A stretch of 64,000 bases of DNA from Macrostomum lignano (taxonomy: Eukaryota), in NCBI GenBank assembly GCA_002269645.1, contig NIVC01000679.1:1-64000 (forward strand), in the 5' to 3' direction. Made by a program: the position numbers and the translations under genes. The first letter of the stretch is position 1; every line of letters starts with the position of its first letter. Below, piece after piece: positions 38,607-50,397 of this stretch. The notes below the pieces were generated by a model. The model was not told the DNA's origin. It saw only the letters and a list, made by a program, of their open reading frames with translations, and did no database searches.

Positions 38607-39510
38607 ATGCTTGCTATCTGCAGGATGCTTGCTATGTGGGCGATGCTTGCTATCTGCAGGATGCTTGCTATGTGGGCGATGCTTGCTATCTGGGGGATGC
38701 TTGCTATCTGGGGGATGCTTGCTATCTGGGGGATGCTTGCTATCTGGGGGATGCTTGCTATCTGGGGGATGCTTGCTATCTGGGGGATGCTTGCTATCTG
38801 GGGGATGCTTGCTATCTGGGGGATGCTTGCTATCTGGGGGATGCTTGCTATCTGGGGGATGCTTGCTATCTGGGGGATGCTTGCTATCTGGGAGATGCTT
38901 GCTATCTGGGAGATGCTTGCTATCTGGGGGATGCTTGCTATCTGGGGGATGCTTGCTATCTGGGGGATGCTTGCTATCTGGGGGATGCTTGCTATCTGGG
39001 GGATGCTTGCTATCTGGGGGATGCTTGCTATCTGGGGGATGCTTGCTATCTGGGGGATGCTTGCTATCTGGGGGATGCTTGCTATCTGGGGGATGCTTGC
39101 TATCTGCAGGATGCTTGCTATGTGGGCGATGCTTGCTATCTGGGGGATGCTTGCTATCTGGGGGATGCTTGCTATCTGGGAGATGCTTGCTATCTGGGGG
39201 ATGCTTGCTATCTGGGGGATGCTTGCTATCTGGGGGATGCTTGCTATCTGCAGGATGCTTGCTATGTGGGCGATGCTTGCTATCTGGGGGATGCTTGCTA
39301 TCTGGGGGATGCTTGCTATCTGGGAGATGCTTGCTATCTGGGAGATGCTTGCTATCTGGGAGATGCTTGCTATCTGGGAGATGCTTGCTATCTGGGAGAT
39401 GCTTGCTATCTGGGGGATGCTTGCTTTCTGGGAGATGCTTGCTATCTGGGAGATGCTTGCTATCTGGGGGATGCTTGCTATTGGAGGATGCTTGCTACGA
39501 GTATTTTGGG
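38607..39510. repeat. Minisatellite, 18-bp unit gatgcttgctatctgggg
   Basis: About 50 units, open in all three plus-strand frames. Confidence 0.97.
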
Positions 39511-40240
39511 GGATGCTTGCGGTCTGGGGGATTCTTTCGATTTAGGGGGAATGCCTGTTATCTTTGTGATGGCTTCATTTTGTTGTGTCCTTTTGTTACT
39601 TTTAGAATCAAGAGATTCGTAGGAAGCATCTTTGTCCGTGACAATTTTACTCGAATAAGGTGATTTATAAAACTGAAGAAGGAATTGGTTCTTCAGAAAA
39701 TGTGCACTTTTAATGGATTTGCATGAATAAGTTTTGCTCCTTGCTTATTGGGCGCACTGAAGGGGGGCACTAGTTTGCTAGTCCTCAGCTAGTCTCTTAA
39801 GCATTCCGTCATCTTCGCGATGAGACTGATAAATAAATTTATTATTTCGCATTTGTGTTGCCTTCAGGGTTCAAGGAGATCTTCATCAGCTTTCTGGATT
39901 AGCTGTACTCTTGTGAGAAAGAATAATAAGTTGATTCGAGTGCTACACAGAATGACAAGTCATAATTCACAGCAATGTCTTTTTGCATTCTCTATCAGAT
40001 AAAAGTTTTTTTTCAATCTCATTGACCCTTCAGCTCTACTGTCCAGAAAAGGTCAACTGTTTTTTTATTTACCGACTTCACAAGCACAGCATGGTTGTCA
40101 TTGGTCTCTACGAAAACTGAAGTCGCGATGTTTTGATGTTTTAACAGCAAATCAGCTATTTTTGAGAAAAAATGTTTTTTTGTTGTAATGTACAGGGTTG
40201 CTTTTGTAAGCAGGGGTTAATTTCAACCATAAGAGTGAGA

Positions 40241-42000
40241 GCGCCACAATATACACTAGAGAGGCGCCACAATATACACTAGAAAGAAGCGCCACAATAT
40301 ACACTAGAGAGGCGCCATAATATACACTAGATAGAAGCGCCACAATATACACTAGAGAGGCGCCACAATATACACTAGAGAGGCGCCACAATATACACTA
40401 GAGAGGGCCACAATATACACTAGAGAGGCGCCACAATATACACTAGAGAGGCGCCACAATATACACTAGAGAGGCGCCACAATATACACTAGAGAGGCGC
40501 CACAATATACACTAGAGAGGGCCACAATATACACTAGAGAGGCGCCACAATATACACTAGAGAGGCGCCACAATATACACTAGAGAGGCGCCATAATACA
40601 CAAGAGAGGCGCCATAATATACACTAGAGAGGCGCCACAATAAACACTAGAGAGGCGCCACAATATACACTAGAGAGGCGCCACAATATTTACTAGAGAG
40701 GCGCCACAATATACACTAGAGAGACGCCACAATATACGCTAGAGAGGCGCCACAATATACACTAGAGAGGCGCCATAATATACACTAGAGAGGCGCCACA
40801 ATATACACTAGATAGAAGCGCGACAATATGCACTAGAGAGGCGCCACAATATACACTAGAGAGGCGCCACAATATACACTAGAGAGGCGCCACAATATAC
40901 ACTAGAGAGGCGCAATAATATACACTAGATAGAAGCGGCACAATATACACTAGAGAGGCGCCAGAATATACACTAGAGAGGCGCCATAATATACACTAGA
41001 GAGGCGCCATAATATACACTAGATAGAAGCGCCACAATATACACTAGAGAGGCGCCACAATATACACTAGAGAGGCGCCACAATATACGCTAGAGAGGCG
41101 CCATAATATACACTAGATAGAAGCGCCACAATATACACTAGAGAGGCGCCACAATATACACTAGAGAGGCGCCATAATATACACTAGATAGAAGCGGCAC
41201 AATATACACTAGAGAGGCGCCACAATATACACTAGAGAGGCGCCATAATATACACTAGAGAGGCGCCATAATATACACTAGATAGAAGCGCCACAATATA
41301 CACTAGAGAGGCGCCACAATATACACTAGAGAGGCGCCACAATATACGCTAGAGAGGCGCCATAATATACACTAGATAGAAGCGCCACAATATACACTAG
41401 AGAGGCGCCACAATATACACTAGAGAGGCGCCACAATATACACTAGAGAGGCGCCACAATATACACTAGAGAGGCGCCACAATATACGCTAGAGAGGCGC
41501 CACAATATACACTAGATAGAAGCGCGACAACATGCACTAGAGAGGCGCCACAATATACACTAGATAGAAGCGCCAGAATATACACTAGAGAGGCGCCACA
41601 ATATACACTAGAGAGGCGCCACAATATACACTAGAGAGGCGCCACAATATACACTAGAGAGGCGCCACAATATACACTAGAGAGGCGCCACAATATACAC
41701 TAGAGAGGCGCCACAATATACACTAGAGAGGCGCCATAATATACACTAGAGAGGCGCCATAATATACACTAGATAGAAGCGCCACAATATACACGAGAGG
41801 GGCGCCACAATATACACGAGAGGGGCGCCACAATATACACGACAGGGGCGCCACAATATGCACTAGAAGGGTGTCATAACATACACTAGAGAGGCACCAT
41901 AATATGTACTAGAGAGGCGCCACAATATACGCTAGAGAGGCGCCACAATATACACTAGAGAGGCGCCACAATATACACTAGAGAGGCGCCATAATATACA
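40241..42000. repeat. Minisatellite, 23-bp unit ctagagaggcgccacaatataca
   Basis: About 75 units. Confidence 0.98.
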
Positions 42001-43260
42001 TTACTGAACTGACTTGTTCCATCAAACATGATTAATACTGTAGCTATCCCTGCTTTTATGCCCCGCAGTCCTTACAACGTGCAAGGCAAAAAAGGTTAAA
42101 TAGGCGTTCGACTCGATCAGTTTACTTCAACAAAAGCTGAGTTCGTTGCAGTATCGAATTCGTACTGAGCCTTAACACTGATAAAGAGATTCGCAGGAAT
42201 TTGTTGGAAGAAAACAGCTCGCTTCATTTGGAAGGTATTAAGGCGTTATGACCGCTACTCATTTAATGTATTCAAGTCATGAATACATCTGTTACCTAGG
42301 TTGTCTCGGATGTCAACTATTGAGAGATATGCAGTGTCCCAGCACTATTAAGGACATCTAAATGGAAAATGATAACATTCCCCGGCGCTTTTCTATGCAG
42401 TCTGAATCAGCCAGCTGCTAATGACAAATTGAGTGAAGGCTGGGATTTTTTATCTCCGAAACTAGGTGGCTTCCCTAGCAGCGTCATAACTGGAATGCCA
42501 GATGAGTTTGACTTCAGCCAGCTGTCTGTCTGCTGCACTAAACAGCTTGTTTCAGCTCAATATCGCTCCATTTTTAGGACACAAAAAACTATACGTTTTG
42601 ATTTCGGATCAAAAAATCTTTTAATTTTGTTTTAAACGTGTATACGAATAATACATGAACTCATGTTTCAATGCTTAGCAGTCACTGCAGCCATATAACA
42701 GTCACCTTTGGGAGACCTTAAAAATTCGAAAAGGAAATCATCAAAGCTTGATTTAATGGACAACGTGTTGTACTTGTCACAGGAAGACAACCTGAACTCC
42801 TGGTGACACCTGAGTATAATTAGCCAGGTGCATGTAAAGTACAAGAGTACATGACACCTGGGCTAATATTCCTGCTTAGTTTATCATATTTTTATTTTCA
42901 CTAAGGCCCAGTTTACATCCATCAAGTTTCCGGTTCCGTTAAGGTTTCTTCCTTCTCGAATCGCATCCTTAACCGCGTCTCGTATGGATTTGAACGCGTT
43001 CTCAGTGAAACAGGAGGCAAGACGGAAGAGCCTGGCAAAAGCGAAACCGGACCTGAACCAGATGAGAGTCACATGATTATAAATCCAGCATAAGTTAAGC
43101 ATCTACACTTGCTAGAGACTCGTAAGCCAATTAGCCACTATTTTGAACAGATTTGAACAGGCTGCACTGCTCAGTGTCGTCAAAAACGAATCATTAATCA
43201 AAGCAGTTATACTGTAGTGGCAAAATTGAATTCGATATTATTCAGTGGGTTAGTTAGTGA

Positions 43261-43520
43261 GTCCCAGAGGTCCAGCGCGGCGCTCTGGTGTGCCAGCGGC
43301 CCAGGCTCGATTCCAATCGGGGCTAAACTGGAATCTCGGCTTGGCTCTGCTCGTGCAATTAACGCGCTTGAAGGTCAACCCCCAAGGCACAGTGAAGTGT
43401 ACATGCCCAACGATAAATAAAGTTAGGGCCACTTTAGGATCAGTTGTGCGTATGACTGCACAATGTCGCTTAAAGCGCGCCAGGGTGCACACAGGCCCTT
43501 GCCTCTACTAAATTTGCATG
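43261..43520 (+). mobile_element. Dispersed repeat family B, copy with a tRNA-like head (SINE-like)
   Basis: gtcccagaggtccagcgcgg (A-box-like)...ggctcgattcc (B-box-like, 43304-43314)...cggggct, then a body shared with 59590-59830 (aattaacgc...ggcacagtga.gtgtacatgcc.aacgataaataaagttagggcc...acaatgtcgcttaaag). Confidence 0.65.
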
Positions 43521-43653
43521 TAGGTTTGCTGACAGGGTACGTACGTACAGCCACAGGGGTGTGGATGATGGAATGTGAAATTCACGGTCTGTGAAAGCAC
43601 TCCGCCTTCGTGACAGGCTTCGTGAATAGCGCGACAAACATCGCAGTCCCAGC

Positions 43654-43655
<2 letters not shown>

Positions 43656-43722
<67 letters not shown>

Positions 43723-44288
43723 TTTACGCCCCACGCCAGCCACGGGAGTGGCCAAGAGGGGGGAGCGTCAAATCGCGCGTTTCAGAGCTAGGTCTCTAAC
43801 GTGCTTCACACCGGCCGCCTGGCTGGGTGCTCGCGCGTCTTCAAAAAGGCGGTCGACGTAGCGGGCTGATCGTCCCTGGCCACGCCTGCGCGGTTCCTGT
43901 GGGGTCCACAGCAGAACGTCCTGCAGCGGCTCTGGGCAGTAGGCTTCGGCCCGGATGACATGTCCGGCAAGCCGCTGACTCAGCAGGGCAGAAGGCCGCG
44001 TCAGGCCTGTGCGCTTGTACAGGGACTCGATTGTCTCTCTACCAGGGCCGCGGCGGGCGCCGAAAGCAGCGCGGACTAGGGCCGCATGCGCCGCGTCGAG
44101 CTGCGCCTCAAGCGCCCCGGTCAGCGTCCAGGTCTCAGCATTGTACAGCAGGGCGGTCTCAACAACCGCCTGGAACAGCTGGGACCTGGCGCCGTCGGAC
44201 AAGGCCTCGGAGAGCAGCACCGCCCGCACAGATCGGAAGGCAGCCCAGGCCTTGCAGCGCCGTCTCGGTAGGTCGTCGCCGACGTCAG
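43656..44288 (-). mobile_element. 5'-truncated RTE-clade non-LTR retrotransposon with (ATT)n tail and 10-bp TSD
   Basis: RT C-terminal region AWAAF...LFQAVVETALLYNAETWTLT...LAGHVIR...RRRGQGR, stop at 43768, short 3' UTR, about 22 x (ATT) tail at 43656-43722. TSD gtcccagcat at 43646-43655 and 44289-44298. Confidence 0.9.
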
Positions 44289-45467
44289 GTCCCAGCATGG
44301 TTCATGTTGCTGTCACGCACGGAATCCAATTAATGCACCTGTTTCAAGATACCAGACAGACAAAATTGTCAATTGATGCAGTTAAGCATTCAGTAGAGCA
44401 CAACAAAAAAGGGTCAATATTTTTTTAGCGAAACTGGGTGGAATGCAGGGGCCTTCTGAGCATAGGATGAATGAAGAGAATCGAGACGGACTCAGAGAAA
44501 ACTAGGACCTCTAAAGCGAACGCCAAAACCTATAGATGGCAGTAGTCATTGGCTGGAGTGGCACTCGGCTGTGGAAGAGGGAGACAGAGTGGGAAACCTG
44601 CGTGGGTTGTAGCTGGCTATAAAATCCCAACGGATTCTGGGGCTATAGGAGCCCTCGCTTTTCCTTCCCATTATCAGTCTACCAGTTTCGGCGTTGAAAA
44701 ATTTCTCCTCTGAATAGCTCTAGATTTCACTCAGGTAACCAGAAGCTCCACAAAAGGAAACAGGTAGGCAGCGACCGGCTCTTGCCGTCTGGTAAGTATT
44801 CGTTCAGCAAAATTATTAAAATTGTTGGAGTGAGTTAGTGAGCACTTCTCAGTCACTGAGCCATTGTCGACTCGGGAATGCATCTGCACTAGCTGAACTT
44901 CCGACTGTCAAATGTCGGTCAGTGAAATGAAAATATTTATCCAGTTCTTTGATAAAAGATCTCGTATTGATTTTGACTTCTGCCTCTGCTGCATACGCAA
45001 GCATTTTTGCCTGCATTCACGGGCTGCGAAAAGCTGCATTCCCGTCATGATTTACCGAACTGCTGCCACTTAGCATTCCCATCAGTTGCTAGGATCGCTC
45101 TCTCGGCATAGCAACTAAACAAAATCCACTGTCACCAACTGTGTATCTGGGGATTAAGGCGGCCGCATAGCCACTGTTGCATGGCAATTCGATTCAACGC
45201 GCTGCCTCTCAGTCTGCCGCTATGTGACTGGGTACCGGTTTGGGACACATTGCAATAGGGGAATCCTATGTAAACACAGCATTTGCATATCAACGCTGGA
45301 TAGAAAACTTTGTCTGTTGCGCCTGAAGTACATGGAGTGGTGGAGTGGTCAGAAACGAAACTGACGCAAAACGGCAGCATTGTAATTAATTTATAATTAA
45401 ATAATTTTGTCAAGTAGATTATCCTGTTTTTTTCGCAGAGTTTTAACGCCAGGCCAAGACCAACGGG

Positions 45468-48400
45468 ATGTCGACAACAAACCTGAACTCGTCAGTAGAG
45501 GATGGGTCAGCTACGGAGGCAGTCAATGACATCAATGCCACCAAGCCTGAATGCTTCAACTACTCCATGTACCAACCGGAAATAGGAGCCATGGACAAGA
45601 CGCACATCAGCCTGCAGTGCACAGTGTTTCTGCTAGGCCTGAGCGGCAATCTCATTCTCATCTTCATCATTGCCAGTAACAAACGTTTGAGAACCACGCC
45701 GAATCTGTTTATAACAAATTTAGCCGCGGCTGACTGCGTCTACCTGATGCTGTTCATTCCGTGCGATATAATTAGCAAATTTGGCGTCCAGCTGCCGGTC
45801 TTCCTGTGCAAGACGATCTATTTCTGCCGGTTTCTAACCGTGGGAGTCTCCGTATACACCCTGGTTGCTCTGTCGATCGACAGGTTTGCGCTTCGATTCA
45901 AATGCTGACACGTTTTTGAAATATGAAACAGATCATACCAATTCAACTGTAAAGTCTGACAGGGAACTGATAATGAAAAGAGGAAATAATTTTATTGTAA
46001 GATACCAAGTCAAATCTTAGCCACTCAATAAATAACCTGACAACGTCTCCCTGACGCAGAGAGATGTAGCTATTAGATAAAACAGAACAATGCCAAAAAG
46101 ACTTATCTGCAAAGTAGAATTCAGCCTTAAGCTGGCGTATAATTAGGTTTGAATTGGTGAAGCCCTTTGTGGCGCACAGTATGCTCATTACCGTTGAGCC
46201 AATTTGTCAAATTGAATATCCGTTTGAATTACCCACCCTGAAACCTCGCTGAACAGTGAAATAGAGTGATGCGAACTGGCGGGGTGAACCGGATGAAGCC
46301 AAACAAACCAACGCATGTTATTTAAACTAGTTCTGCCGGAAAATAAGGGTCAGCCAGGTGGAAAAAGCTGATCTAGATCCCGCGCTCGTGCGCCTGATTA
46401 ACTTCTTCTGCAGTCCAAGGTGGAAGGAGCATCTGCTCTTAAAAACACGGGGTCTTCAATTTCCGCCCTCACGACTGTTGCTCCAGAGCGGCTGCCGAAG
46501 AAAATTGTTTCCGATTTGGCTATCAAATTATTATGAGCTTTGGAGTTCACTTTTCCCGAATCTCCGAGGAGTGACGAATTCTCACGACAGCTGCTCAAGA
46601 CACTCCTCCTCTTGGCTTCTGCTGTTTGCTTTGCGGGATCTGAGGGAAAGTCACTTTCTAGAAGCAAATATTGAAGCAATCAATCATGAAATGCAGGACA
46701 CTGTCTGGAAACTTTCTTTTCTTTGTTAGTTTTCAGAACGTAAGCAACAACTTATGATAGCGCTCAGTGATGCACTTTCAGTACATATGATTTTGGGTTG
46801 CACTACTCACTTCAGTAATAACTAACGAATACAAACTCACCCAAACTGCTGTACAGGTGCCTTGCCATCACCAGGCCGATGTCGAATTTGAAATCTTCGA
46901 GGCCAGGTTTTGTTACCAAACTGGGCCTTGGGATCATCTGGATTGCTGCTGGTGAGTGGCGACAGCATAGTGAGAAAGAGTTTTAGATAAAAGCGTAATA
47001 TACAAAGGTACAAACCACAGAATGCACTGTATTCTGTGGTACAAACGTTACATAAAGGTACAACCTGTTACAGAATAGTTCAAATGCTTATAAAATGGTA
47101 AAATGGTTACAGAACGGTGCAAATAGTTACAGAATGGTACAATTGGTTACAGAATGGTACAATTGGTTACAGAAGGATACAATTGGTTACAGAATGGTAC
47201 AATTGGTTACAGAATGGTACAATTGGTTACAGAAGGATACAATTGGTTACAGAATGGTACAATTGGTTACAGAAGGATACAATTGGTTACAGAATGGTAC
47301 AATTGGTTACAGAATGGTACAATTGGTTACAGAAGGATACAATTGGTTACAGAATGGTACAATTGGTTACAGAATGGTACAATTGGTTACAGAATGGTAC
47401 AATTGGTTACAGAATGGTACAATTGGTTACAGAATGGTACAATTGGTTACAGAATGGTACAATTGGTTACAGAATGATACAATTGGTTACAGAATAGTAC
47501 AATTGGTTACAGAAGGGTACAATTGGTTACAGAATGGTACAATTGGTTACAGAATGGTACAAATGGTTACAGAATGATAAAAATGATACAAATGTTACAG
47601 AATGCACAATCAGTACAAAATGCTACACAACGACGCAAAACCCTTCCACCAATCGCAGTGGTCCTAGCCATACCCTACGCCGTGAGCGCGGACATTGAAG
47701 AGAAGCGACACCGTTGCTTGTTGATCAAGCACTGCTACCCGTTCCCAGCCAGCTGGGGGTCAACCTATCGCACAACCATGGTACTGCTCAAGCTAGCTCT
47801 CTACTACCTGCTCCCAGGCGCTCTGATTGCCGTATTCTACGGCCTGATGGCTGGCAAGCTGATGAAAACTGCCCGAGCTCACGAGCGAGCCGCGGCCGCT
47901 TCCGAGCGAGCCAACGTTTCCGCCGCCAATCAGATTGAGAGTAGGAAAAAACTGGCCAAGCTGGTGCTGTGCCTGGCTGCCGTGTTCTTTGTCGCCTGGG
48001 CACTCGACTACATAACCATGCTGCACTTCTTCCTGTCCAAGCAGGTGAGTGGGGAAGGTTGGTGAGCTTTGTCACCAACGTGGTACATTAGGACGTACGA
48101 GTTATTAGGACGTACCTTCTTAGGACTCTTGGATCTATAACCTAATTATCACCATCGGCAGGTAACCGAGGCATTTGTCTGGATCAAGATGATCGCCAAG
48201 CTGCTGCCGTCGGCCTACTCAGCCAGCAACCCGATCACCCTGTGCATCATCAGCAAGCGATTCCGAGCTCATTTCCTGCAGGTGGTGTCCCGATGCTGCC
48301 GCTGTTGGCGAGCCGCTGGCGATAGCGGCGCCAGCGCTAGCGGCCTGGGCGGTGGCGCCAGGCGCGGACTAGGCGGCGTCGACGATACGCAAGGCCGTGA

Positions 48401-48647
48401 ACTTCGCGGCAGAAGACGTCGCGGTGAGGAGGTGAACGTTGACTTGCAGGTTTTGCCGTCCGGCGGTGCAGCTGCTGGAAGAGTTCGCGGCGTCCCGGCG
48501 ATCGGCAGAGATGGTATTGATGAAGGCAACTTCGTGGCTGGAAGCTTCGAACACTGCCAAGGCAGCAGCAGCGTCCACATGACTCACCTGGCTGGGCAGG
48601 ACGTTCGGCAGGAGACTCAGCCAATGCTGGCAGTGTGCCAGCTGTGA
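45468..48647 (+). CDS. Rhodopsin-family peptide GPCR, bombesin/CCHamide (excitatory peptide) receptor-like, about 460 aa; exons 45468-45883, 46857-46951, 47659-48044, 48162-48647
   Basis: GN in TM1, RTTPNLFITNLA, GVSVYTLVALSIDR, CYPFP, YYLLP, QIESRKKLAKLVL, SNPITL..ISKRFR. Phases are consistent; total 1383 nt. Confidence 0.88.
47090..47600. repeat. Intronic minisatellite, 20-bp unit aattggttacagaatggtac
   Basis: About 25 units in GPCR intron 2. Confidence 0.97.
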
Positions 48648-48924
48648 ACTGCTTGAATTTGTCATGGACAATTTGTCATGGACCATTGAGACTACGGATT
48701 AGAAGATTTCTATGTCATCTTTACTAATTCTTGTTACTCTTTAGGGCAGTGATGAAGGCGTTTTTTGAGCTAAAAATTCTGTCAGTTGTCACTTGGGGTA
48801 CGTTCTATAATCTAGTTCAGCTTCTGTCAGTTGTAAATATTTTAATACTTTTTGTCAATTGTAAATTTAGCCAGCTGTAGTAGTCAGTAGTTCCTGTTGT
48901 CAGTTGCTAATAGCGTCTGTCTCT

Positions 48925-49302
48925 CCTGTCAGTAGCTTCTGTCAGGTGTCAGTAGCTTCTGGCAGGTGTCAGTAGCTTCTGGCAGGTGTCAGTAGCTTCT
49001 GTCAGATGTCAGTAGCTTCTGGCAGGTGTCAGTAGCATCTGGCAGGTGTCAGTAGCTTCTGGCAGGTGTCAGTAGCTTCTGGCAGGTGTCAGTAGCTTCT
49101 GGCAGGTGTCAGTAGCTTCTGGCAGGTGTCAGTAGCTTCTGGCAGGTGTCAGTAGCTTCTGGCAGGTGTCAGTAGCTTCTGGCAGGTGTCAGTAGCTTCT
49201 GGCAGGTGTCAGTAGCTTCTGGCAGGTGTCAGTAGCTTCTGGCAGGTGTCAGTAGCTTCTGGCAGGTGTCAGTAGCTTCTGGCAGGTGTCAGTAGCTTCT
49301 GG
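48925..49302. repeat. Minisatellite, 20-bp unit gtgtcagtagcttctggcag
   Basis: About 19 units. Confidence 0.97.
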
Positions 49303-49698
49303 CCCCGAAATTGATATAACTACTATGATATTATATACCTACGCTATTGTCCATGGCGGAGGTATTTGTTGTTAGAAATGCTTAATTATCATTAAAAAAT
49401 CCCTATTTTATTGTGTTTAATTTTTCTCATTTTAGAAATTTCCCCCGCCACCTTAAGCACCAGTTTTTCTACAGACATTATATTTTCATTTTTTTGTTTC
49501 AGTCAGTTTTAATGAAAATTACGATAATGTTGTTACAAAAATTTAGCGCAAAAAGCTGAAATAGCCGTTTTTGTAACTGAAACAGCTTAAATATTTATTT
49601 AGTAATTTATTAAATACAAAACACTAAATAATGTCGTGTTATAAAATTTAAAATCAGCCCACATTCAATTTTAACACTGCTGGCGAATTCTCTGAGAC

Positions 49699-50100
49699 CC
49701 GGATTTGTGTCAGAACCCGACCTCGGATTTGTGTCAGAACCCGACCTCGGATTTGTGTCAGAATTCCCAACCTCGGATTTGTGTCAGAATTCCCAACCTC
49801 GGATTTGTGTCAGAATTCCCAACCTCGGATTTGTGTCAGAATTCCCAACCTCGGATTTGTGTCAGAATTCCCAACCTCGGATTTGTGTCAGAATTCCCAA
49901 CCTCGGATTTGTGTCAGAATTCCCAACCTCGGATTTGTGTCAGAATTCCCAACCTCGGATTTGTGTCAGAATTCCCAACCTCGGATTTGTGTCAGAATTC
50001 CCAACCTCGGATTTGTGTCAGAATTCCCAACCTCGGATTTGTGTCAGAATTCCCAACCTCGGATTTGTGTCAGAAGCCGACCTCAGATTTATGTCAGAAG
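49699..50100. repeat. Minisatellite, 26-bp unit cggatttgtgtcagaattcccaacct
   Basis: About 15 units. Confidence 0.97.
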
Positions 50101-50397
50101 CCTGCCTGCACAAAATCCCTGGATCAACTAACTTAAGATTATTGCATAGAAGGTAACAAAAGGGCAACGTAGCGAGACTAAAGCCTGTAGTCAATTCATA
50201 GAATTTGTGCGTCACTGACACAGCTGTATAGTGATGTGCAGGCTACGGTATGTGTTCATAATAAGACAGAACGAACAAACTAACTAGGTACCAAGATTTT
50301 TGCACTATGCTTCTGAGACTATTATAAAAAAGCAGGACTTACACTTCGTCTTTTGTTAGGACCTTTTAGACATTTCTTTGAAAGATACCAAAGATGA

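Noticed and set aside
43261-43324. Functional tRNA gene
   Set aside because: The A/B boxes are imperfect, no clean cloverleaf or anticodon arm is evident, and it is fused to a dispersed repeat body. The same applies to the heads at about 3390-3450 and 37360.
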